The notes beneath the pieces are model-generated. The model ran no database searches. It was given only the letters and a program-made list of their open reading frames with translations, and was not told the origin of the DNA. A stretch of 64,000 nucleotides of DNA from Chloracidobacterium sp. (GTDB taxonomy: Bacteria > Acidobacteriota > Blastocatellia > Pyrinomonadales > Pyrinomonadaceae). The stretch spans positions 277 through 64,276 of the forward strand of contig JADJTD010000002.1 in assembly GCA_016711345.1 (NCBI GenBank), in the 5' to 3' direction. A program made the translations under genes and the position numbers. Positions 56,778-64,000 of the stretch are shown here, one piece after another. Positions within the stretch are counted from its first letter, which is position 1. Every line of letters begins with the position of its first letter.

Positions 56778-57806
56778 ATGCCGTACACACCTACCGATAT
56801 CATCACAGTATTCCCCGGTACGTACACGCCGGGTGCTGAGACATCTCTCAACGCCATGGCCGACGTTATCAACGCAGCGTGGAACAAGGCCGGTGAGAAG
56901 GCATACGACTACGACGCGAAGATTGCTGCTGCGACCACCGGCTGGCTGGATGGCGCAAGCGCACCGCACATCACGGCATCGACAGCAACAGCGCCGACTG
57001 TGACTGAGCCAGCTGTCACGATTCCATCCACGGTGAACGTCACGGATGTGATGACGCTGTTTGACACCAAGTACCTTGAATTGGTGGCGCTGCTTTCCGA
57101 CAAGTTTACCTATTTCCGCACCACCTATTTTCCGAACGACTCGGCTGACTATGCCGCTGTCGATGCGTGGATTCAGGCAGGGTTAGCCGACGAGAGTGGT
57201 CTCCCTGCAGCAGTGCGTGCCCAGATGCTCACCGACGCGAGCGATGCGATCTATGCCGACGCAGCTCGTGCTTCGGATGCAGTGCTGCAGACTTTCGCTG
57301 CCATGCGGTACCCTATCCCGCCCGGTGCTGCGGCAAGTGCTGTGCTTCAAATCCAGCAGAAGGCTCAAGATGGTGTAGCTGAGGCTGGGCGCAAGATCAC
57401 TGTGGCTTCTGTCGACCAGCTTCGCTTCGTCGTCGAGAAAGCGGTCGGTCTGCGCCATGAGGCGATGGCTGACGGTATCGCTTACATCCAGGCACTGGCC
57501 TCTGGCCCCGACATGGCGAGCAAGCTGATCTCTACCGGCTACGACGCACAGAGCAAGCTTATCTCAAGTGCCTCCCAGTTCTACAACGCACGCACTGAAG
57601 CTGCGAGACTCACTGCAAGCGTCAGTCAGTTCAACGCCAGCGCCACACAGGAAGCTGCCACGAAGAATCAGGTGTCTGACCTGACCCTTATCGAAGACAA
57701 GCTGAAAGCACTTCTCTCTGAAGCACAAGCACTCGCCACCATGGCGACCAGCCTCTACAACAACGTCCACGCGAGCGCAGGTACTGGCTACAGCGTAGCT
57801 GCATAA
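56778..57806 (+). CDS. virion protein (Ala-rich, helical; internal-protein candidate)
   Basis: 342-aa track ORF. Confidence 0.7.
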   Translation: MPYTPTDIITVFPGTYTPGAETSLNAMADVINAAWNKAGEKAYDYDAKIAAATTGWLDGASAPHITASTATAPTVTEPAVTIPSTVNVTDVMTLFDTKYLELVALLSDKFTYFRTTYFPNDSADYAAVDAWIQAGLADESGLPAAVRAQMLTDASDAIYADAARASDAVLQTFAAMRYPIPPGAAASAVLQIQQKAQDGVAEAGRKITVASVDQLRFVVEKAVGLRHEAMADGIAYIQALASGPDMASKLISTGYDAQSKLISSASQFYNARTEAARLTASVSQFNASATQEAATKNQVSDLTLIEDKLKALLSEAQALATMATSLYNNVHASAGTGYSVAA

Positions 57807-57819
57807 TCGGAGAACACAA

Positions 57820-60147
57820 ATGGCATCCAACATTACCAAGAACTTCAAGGCGAAGGCCGGTCTGCGCATGGCACAGGGTGGCGTACTGGACAACTTCATG
57901 AGCACCGTACCTGATGCGCAGCCTACAAGCATGTTCGCTGGCCCCGGTGGCGGCGTGGCTACGTCGTACGGTGGCGGTAGGGGTGAACTTCGCCCTACGG
58001 TAGCACCGATGCGGCCTGGATACGGTCAGAACCGTACGCAGGTACAGGCGCTGACAGATCGCGTGAATCTCGGTCAAGCGATGCAAGGTCTGTCGAATAC
58101 GGATCGCTCGAACCTGATGAATCCTGGCAATCAGCCCTACAAGGCTGACTCACCCATGGCGATGGTAGGCACATCGGCGGGTGCATCGATGGAGCGCCAG
58201 CAGACGGACGTCATGGGCCGACTGCGTGACAATCTTGCGCAGCAGCCCGGTGTCAAGACGAAGTTCAGCCTCCGCAGCGGCGGTGTTGTAGACCCTGAGC
58301 AGAACGAGGTCTACAACATCCAAGGCCCCGGTGACGGCAGCGGGCGCGACGACAAGGTTGATGTGAACGTCCATGGCAAGAACATCCACGTGTCGAAGAA
58401 CGAGCGCTTTGCTGTGTTCCCTGCGTCGATTGCCGCAGAGGAGATCGAAGCGTTCATCGAGTCGAAGACAGGTCGACCCACGGCCACTTCGGGCGGTGGG
58501 TTGCGCGAGGGGATGAATGCATTTGGGGGTGGTGTAGACGACGCAGGTAATTTACTTGAGCGGCTACCTAAAGGAAACCCGGTCCCTGTTGTCGATGACT
58601 TTGGTAATGTAGTGAAGCCGAGCGCAAAAAGCACAATCATGGGGCAACAAGCCGCACGTGCTCTTTCGGGGGCACAACCCGTTGCTGCGCCTGCTGCGCC
58701 TGCTGCGCCTGCTGCGCCTGCTGCGCCTGCTGCGCAACAAGCCACTCGCTTGGGGAGGGCTGTAGAGAATCTCAAGTTTCTCGGACAAGCCATTAAACCA
58801 CCAGCTGCCCTAAGTACCGGCACATCAGCTATTGGTAGGTTAGCAGGGGGTGTGCTCCCCGGCCTCGGATACATGCCCGGTGTTCGCCCAGAGTTGAACG
58901 AAGATCAGAGAAAACTCGCTCCTGGTGCTGGCGGTATAAATCTCCGCAGTATTTTTGACCCTGAGTCGAGAGAAGGTATGGTCGCTGCTTATGACAACAT
59001 CAATGAGGCTAAGGGTAATACAACTCCTGTTGATTCCTCGCAGGGTGCTCGCATACGAGCAAAGAACGAAGCGATTCTCGATGGTGCAGAATCTAAACCC
59101 AGCGCGTCAATGGTTGAGAAAACGGCTAAAGGTAAACCTGTCGCTATGCCAACACCAACGCAACCTGCTGCGCCAACACAACCTGTCACGCCGACCGATC
59201 TTCAGGCCCGCTCCGAAGAAGCGCAGGGCATGCGCGACTTCGGTGACAAAATGCTCACGGATCGTGGTTTGTCACGCGCTCAGGGTTTGGCTACAGACGC
59301 CGGTGTTCGCAACACCTTCCAAGCAGCCCATGACATTGAAGGTAGTGGTGTGAAAATCGGCACTACCATCGGTGCCGATGGAAAACCGCAAGCCTCTTAC
59401 TCAGGTGGCGTACCGACGAAGGCCCAATACATTGGGGCTGATGGGAACCCGACAAATCGTTGGGAAGATACCACTCGCTACAAGGAAGCTATTGCACGCA
59501 ATCAGCAGGACAAAATTACCCTGCGCGAAATGCAGAAGGACCGCTACAAACGAAGCCTTGAGTCTCAGAGTGCTGGATGGCGCAATGAAGGCGCACTGGG
59601 CCTTGCCGCCATGCTCAAGGAAGATGAGATTGAGGGCAACAACGCAGCGAAGCAGGCAACGGCAGGTATCGCACGGGCGAATCTGAATCGAGGTTTGCGT
59701 CAAGATCAGCAGAGTCAGATGAACGCTGATCGCACGTACGAAACTGGTCGTCAAGACAAGCACGATGAACGTGTTGCAAAGATGCTTGACACCGCTGCTG
59801 GCGATCCAAAAGCCGATGGCTATCACCAGCGTCGTGGGCTGATGGACAAGTACTCCAGCGAGTTCAAGAAGAACTACAAGGGTGCGCCTGAACAGTTTGC
59901 TGCCGCGCTGCAAGATGAACTGGCTATCGAGATGGCCCTTGAGCAAAACGGCGCACGCTGGTTTGGTTGGGGTCAGAAGCCTTGGAACGGCACGAAGACG
60001 CAAGTCAGCAAAGAGAAAGCCCCTTGGTACAAGGTTGGTAGCGAAGCCTACAGCGACGCCCACAATCGTAACCCCACGCTTGCTGAGATGTCCAAGTCGC
60101 TTACACCACAGCAGCTTGAGCACTTCCTAAAAACCCGCGTGAACTAA
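57820..60147 (+). CDS. internal virion / ejection protein candidate (disordered, Gly/Ala/Pro/Gln-rich)
   Basis: 775-aa track ORF containing an (AAP)5 repeat. Confidence 0.75.
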   Translation: MASNITKNFKAKAGLRMAQGGVLDNFMSTVPDAQPTSMFAGPGGGVATSYGGGRGELRPTVAPMRPGYGQNRTQVQALTDRVNLGQAMQGLSNTDRSNLMNPGNQPYKADSPMAMVGTSAGASMERQQTDVMGRLRDNLAQQPGVKTKFSLRSGGVVDPEQNEVYNIQGPGDGSGRDDKVDVNVHGKNIHVSKNERFAVFPASIAAEEIEAFIESKTGRPTATSGGGLREGMNAFGGGVDDAGNLLERLPKGNPVPVVDDFGNVVKPSAKSTIMGQQAARALSGAQPVAAPAAPAAPAAPAAPAAQQATRLGRAVENLKFLGQAIKPPAALSTGTSAIGRLAGGVLPGLGYMPGVRPELNEDQRKLAPGAGGINLRSIFDPESREGMVAAYDNINEAKGNTTPVDSSQGARIRAKNEAILDGAESKPSASMVEKTAKGKPVAMPTPTQPAAPTQPVTPTDLQARSEEAQGMRDFGDKMLTDRGLSRAQGLATDAGVRNTFQAAHDIEGSGVKIGTTIGADGKPQASYSGGVPTKAQYIGADGNPTNRWEDTTRYKEAIARNQQDKITLREMQKDRYKRSLESQSAGWRNEGALGLAAMLKEDEIEGNNAAKQATAGIARANLNRGLRQDQQSQMNADRTYETGRQDKHDERVAKMLDTAAGDPKADGYHQRRGLMDKYSSEFKKNYKGAPEQFAAALQDELAIEMALEQNGARWFGWGQKPWNGTKTQVSKEKAPWYKVGSEAYSDAHNRNPTLAEMSKSLTPQQLEHFLKTRVN
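58684..58734 (+). repeat. in-frame 9-nt tandem repeat (GCTGCGCCT x5)
   Basis: Encodes AAPAAPAAPAAPAAP. Confidence 0.85.
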
Positions 60148-60156
60148 GAGGTTCGC

Positions 60157-63100
60157 ATGATCACACTTGCTGATTCGCAACAGTACGCTCTTGAGGCTAA
60201 TCCGGAGGTCGCGGCCTTCAACACACCGCAGAATCAGGCATTTCTCACCGACGCTTATGTGCGAGGTACAAGTCAGTTCGGTCGAGGGTTGCGTTCAGCG
60301 GGTCTGCAAGAGGATGTTGGGTTCCTAGCGGACAACGCGAACGACGCCTACCGTCGTGGTGACGTCGCACTTGCACAAGCGCTTGAAACGCAGATGCATG
60401 ATAAAGCCGCTCAGGCGCAGCAGTGGGCACCAACGACGCAGAACTTCACCGACATCAACAGCGCTGGTTCTGCTGTCGACTGGGCGACTGGGAGCATGGG
60501 TCAGGGGCTGCGAAGCACCCTTATACCCGTGGCGGGTTCACTGGCAGGTGCGGGTGCAGGTGCACTGACGGGCATCGTCACGAAGAATCCGGGTCTTGGT
60601 GCAAAGGTTGGTGCGGGAGTTGGTGGATTCCTCGGTGGCTACAACATGGAGGCAAACGAGACACTCGCGTCGGCCATGATGGACCCGCAGATTCGTGCCA
60701 ACAAGACCATGCAGGAGATCAAGGACGCAGGTCGTGTGAAGGGTGTGGCTGCAGGTGCACTCGAAGCTGTGGTGCCAGCCATGATGGTGGGAAAGGCGGC
60801 GGGACTGGCAGGGCGCGTTGGGAAGGGCGACAGGCTTGCCGCAATTGGCAGAGCCGCAGGACAGGGTGCTATCACCGAGTTCGGCACAGAAGCGGCCCAA
60901 GACCTTACGGGGCAGGCAACTGAGAACTACCTCAAGGACCACGCGCTGGGTAACATCGACCCGTTGCAGGCGCTTAACGCTGGTATGGCTGGCGCTGTTG
61001 CCGGTGGCGGCATGGGTCTCATGGGTGGCCTCGCTTCGGCTGCGCATGCCAAGGTGGACAACGGCGTTGAAGCCGTGAAGGATGTTGCTGCCGACCCGCT
61101 AGGCAAGGCCGCATTCGAAGCTGGCAAGCTGGTGGAAGCAGGCAAGGGCAAGGCGCGTGATCTGGCCGAGCTAATGATGCCGAGCGAGGACGCCCTCGAC
61201 ACACTGCTCTCGCCCGGTGGCACCGCTGCTCAGAAAGACCTCATGGCAGCGAAGCACGCCGAGTCGGTGATGAACGATCCTGCGGCCACACCTGAAGACC
61301 GTGCTGCGGCAGAGGTGTATGCCAAGGACGGTGACTGGTCACGGTACCGCGACAAGATGACGACTAACCACATGCCGGGTCGTCTGACGAAGCCGCACAA
61401 CGACATCGCTGACGAGATCGCTCAGCGCACGGGTGAGACGAGCAAGTCTTCCATGGTCATGCCTACTCAGCAACCTGCATGGGATGTTAATGCGAAGATG
61501 CCCCAAGCTGTTCCCGCATCGACCCGCATGGACATCGAGGCAGGTATTCTCGGTGACAAGTCGAAGCAGCAACAGACCATTGCCTCAGTGGCCGACATCT
61601 GGCGCAAGCAGGGTGTCGACGAGAAGCTCCTGAGCGCCACCAGCCAGCACACGGATGAGTCGCAACGCAAGATGGCCGTGTCGGTGCTCGGCTGGGTCTC
61701 TCGCGGCTTCAAGGATGCTGATGGCAATCTGTTCGTACCTGACAGCCTGACCAAGCACTACGGCAAGAAAACACCCGCGCTGATCCGCAAAGCGGTTGAG
61801 CTGGCCGCGCATAAGGGTCTGATTGATTTCGATACCGCAGCCAAGCTGCCTGAGATCGAGAAGCTGGCAACGGAGCAGCACGCTAACGCAACGGCGGTAT
61901 TTGACGCCGTTGCTGGTGCCATGCCCGAGTCCGTGCGCAAACTCTACCCGGCGAAGCAGATCGAGAGCTTCATCCCTGAGCTGCGCCGTATGGCTCAGAA
62001 TGGCACGACCAAGAAAGAAGAGGAAGTGCTGCTGCGTGTCTTCGGTAGCAAGGAAGGTATCGCCAATGCCATGTCGAAGTTCGAGGCCCCGAAGGGTAAG
62101 AACACACTGGCTGGAGACAGTCTGAGCGACGACCAGCTCAGTGCCTCGATTAACGAGGACACGGGTGTCAAGAACGAAGATGGCGTCGGCCCGGATGATG
62201 TGGTCGACACGCGCACTGGCATGAGCGAAACAGGTGGTGAGACGACTGAGATTCGCACCTGGAACAAGGCCGGTCACCCGTACGACATGAAGAATACCGA
62301 TCAGGCTGAGGCGATGAAGAACAACATCGCTAAGGCTGAGTCGCATGAGCGCCGCACCAGCATCGGTGCAGTTGACCGTGCTCGTATGGAAGTGCACGGC
62401 GCAGAACTGTTCAACGCAGAGAATGATCTCCTCGATCTGTACGGCGCGGACTTCTTGAAGGACTCCGAGAAGCGTGCGATGAAGGAGTACGGCGAAGGTG
62501 TGCGTGTCAGCGACTATGTTGAAGGTCTGCCTGCAGAGGGACGTGCTGCGATCCTTGGCAAGATCAACGAGCGATATCGCATGCTGCGTGTCGACCAGAT
62601 CGAGAGCGCGGCACCGTTCGATGCGATCAGCAAGGCTGACATCGGCAAGTTCGAAGAGCGCGGTGTGAAGCCGAACACCGATGCCGCGACGATCAGCCAC
62701 GGCACCGTGTTCCTTGAGCGCATCGACGCTGATGGCAAGACGATGACCCCGTTCATCACCTCGGCTTATCGACTCGTGCGTCACCAGCAGAAGTCGCGCA
62801 AGGCGCACCCCGGTGAAGGCGACATGAACCGTGGCGTGGGTGCGCAGGAGAGCTACAACGACATGCTTGCCACCATCGCCGCACTGATGGAGGCAGATAG
62901 CCGCTTCACCGGGCGTGTGGGCTACAAGGTGGAAGCCTCGTGGGCCGAGCCTAAGTGGATCGAAGGCTCCAAGAACTCGTCTGTCGGTACCAAGACTAAG
63001 CAGCGTCTGCCATCGGCTTTCCAGCTCGTGATGGGCAAGATTGCTGACGCATGGCGGCAACAGCAGAAGGAACTGGTTAGCGGTGACAAAGAAGGTGAGC

Positions 63101-64000
63101 GCATCCCGTTCGCCAAGAACTACGCTGAGCGTCTGGCTGTAGTACACGCTGCGATCACCAAGGCCGTTGCGAAGAAGCAGGACAAGTACGTCAAGTACCT
63201 TGAGGGTGTCTTGAAGAGTCCGAAGCTCGTGAATGCGTTCTACACCGATCAACGGAATCGTTTTCAGGGTAGCGTCGATGACCTGATGAACACGGGTAGC
63301 CGTCAGGGAGAAGAGCCGATCCACAGTCGTGCGAAGGCCGACTCGGAAGCCGTAGCGTATCAGCACAAGCTGATTGCTCAGGCTCGCAAGAATGGACGGC
63401 AGCTTCCCAAGAACGTCGACCAACCTGTCGCGAAGGGGCAGAAGAAAGAAGCCTTCGTGCGAGCTGAGGAAGACCTCGTGGCCAGCGAGAAGGTGGCTGA
63501 CGAAGAAGTGCAACACAGCTACCGTCGTGAAGACCCGCAGGGAGGTGATCCGATCCACCGTGATCAGACTGGTGCTGCTGCAGGTCTGGGTGCTGGTGCC
63601 GAAGGCGGCGGCTATGGTGGCAACACACGTGGTGGCACTCGCGGTGGTAAACCTGCAGAGGGTTTCACGGTCAAGGCTCGGCGCGTTGGTGCTACAGACG
63701 ATGCGAAGCAGTGGATTATGACGACGATCAAGAAGGGCCTGCCTGCTTTCAACGCAGAACTCGCCAAGCTCAGCAAGGATCGCTTCACAACTATTCAACA
63801 TGTCTTGAGTGAAGCTGCCAAGATGGGCCAGTATGGTATCGAGCAATTCTTCAGAGTGAAGGGTGAGGAAGCTCTCACCATGCTCAAGCGTGTGCGCGAA
63901 GCTGCCACCTCTGTTGCTGTCGAGCAGGAAGAAGCCGAGGCAGCGAAAGCTGCGAAAGCGCAGGCGAAGTCTGCTCCCACCCCTGTTGTCGAACCTGAAA
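60157..64000 (+). CDS. giant virion protein, N-terminal 1281 codons (ORF still open at window end)
   Basis: Absent from the ORF track because it is open-ended. I translated it by hand from ATG 60157 (AGAGG RBS) and found no stop. It has Gly-zipper hydrophobic segments near the N-terminus (GSLAGAGAGALTGIV, GAGVGGFLGG, GMAGAVAGGGMGLMGGLA). Confidence 0.85.
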   Translation, partial: MITLADSQQYALEANPEVAAFNTPQNQAFLTDAYVRGTSQFGRGLRSAGLQEDVGFLADNANDAYRRGDVALAQALETQMHDKAAQAQQWAPTTQNFTDINSAGSAVDWATGSMGQGLRSTLIPVAGSLAGAGAGALTGIVTKNPGLGAKVGAGVGGFLGGYNMEANETLASAMMDPQIRANKTMQEIKDAGRVKGVAAGALEAVVPAMMVGKAAGLAGRVGKGDRLAAIGRAAGQGAITEFGTEAAQDLTGQATENYLKDHALGNIDPLQALNAGMAGAVAGGGMGLMGGLASAAHAKVDNGVEAVKDVAADPLGKAAFEAGKLVEAGKGKARDLAELMMPSEDALDTLLSPGGTAAQKDLMAAKHAESVMNDPAATPEDRAAAEVYAKDGDWSRYRDKMTTNHMPGRLTKPHNDIADEIAQRTGETSKSSMVMPTQQPAWDVNAKMPQAVPASTRMDIEAGILGDKSKQQQTIASVADIWRKQGVDEKLLSATSQHTDESQRKMAVSVLGWVSRGFKDADGNLFVPDSLTKHYGKKTPALIRKAVELAAHKGLIDFDTAAKLPEIEKLATEQHANATAVFDAVAGAMPESVRKLYPAKQIESFIPELRRMAQNGTTKKEEEVLLRVFGSKEGIANAMSKFEAPKGKNTLAGDSLSDDQLSASINEDTGVKNEDGVGPDDVVDTRTGMSETGGETTEIRTWNKAGHPYDMKNTDQAEAMKNNIAKAESHERRTSIGAVDRARMEVHGAELFNAENDLLDLYGADFLKDSEKRAMKEYGEGVRVSDYVEGLPAEGRAAILGKINERYRMLRVDQIESAAPFDAISKADIGKFEERGVKPNTDAATISHGTVFLERIDADGKTMTPFITSAYRLVRHQQKSRKAHPGEGDMNRGVGAQESYNDMLATIAALMEADSRFTGRVGYKVEASWAEPKWIEGSKNSSVGTKTKQRLPSAFQLVMGKIADAWRQQQKELVSGDKEGERIPFAKNYAERLAVVHAAITKAVAKKQDKYVKYLEGVLKSPKLVNAFYTDQRNRFQGSVDDLMNTGSRQGEEPIHSRAKADSEAVAYQHKLIAQARKNGRQLPKNVDQPVAKGQKKEAFVRAEEDLVASEKVADEEVQHSYRREDPQGGDPIHRDQTGAAAGLGAGAEGGGYGGNTRGGTRGGKPAEGFTVKARRVGATDDAKQWIMTTIKKGLPAFNAELAKLSKDRFTTIQHVLSEAAKMGQYGIEQFFRVKGEEALTMLKRVREAATSVAVEQEEAEAAKAAKAQAKSAPTPVVEPE

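Noticed and set aside
46869-58734. Tandem 9-nt repeats as possible CRISPR-like or satellite arrays
   Set aside because: They are in frame, have no spacers, and encode collagen-like and AAP peptide repeats inside structural genes.
61585-63846. 753-aa minus-strand ORF
   Set aside because: It is antisense to the giant plus-strand ORF, which reads cleanly from 60157. The composition is Leu/Arg/Val-rich, typical of shadow ORFs in GC-rich coding DNA.

Overview
The window looks like about 64 kb of a tailed dsDNA phage or prophage genome, podovirus-like with a T7/N4-style structural module. It has two divergent arms.

Positions 1-28.1 kb are transcribed leftward (minus strand). This arm carries small early genes and a replication, recombination and nucleotide-metabolism module:
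- family-B DNA polymerase
- D5/SF3-type primase-helicase
- SNF2 helicase
- Cas4-like nuclease
- DHH phosphoesterase
- MazG-like enzyme
- dCMP deaminase
- ATP-dependent DNA ligase
- a sigma-70 region-4 protein
- many tiny, translationally coupled ORFs

Positions 28.4-64 kb are transcribed rightward. In order they encode terS and terL, portal, scaffold, major capsid, an embedded lysis cassette with a nested spanin pair, tailspike and tail-fibre genes, internal virion proteins, and a giant ORF of more than 1281 codons that is still open at the window end.

No rRNA, tRNA or CRISPR array is supportable.

The most unusual observations are:
1. A Hint-type intein in terL. Its linker stays open in the terL frame, while a different frame of the same DNA encodes an endonuclease VII/HNH homing-endonuclease ORF with its own ribosome-binding site (RBS).
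2. Two low-GC insertions, each flanked by duplicated 5' ends of the neighbouring gene. One is in the ligase gene and carries a homing-endonuclease-like gene. The other carries the sigma region-4 gene.
3. An AT-rich noncoding island of about 490 bp packed with GGAAC / CGTGRAACA sites. It is bracketed by two paralogous terminators that differ by a compensatory base pair.
4. Two families of sequence motifs repeated with 10-bp spacing in intergenic regions.

All functional names come from motif recognition by eye and need HMM or BLAST confirmation.
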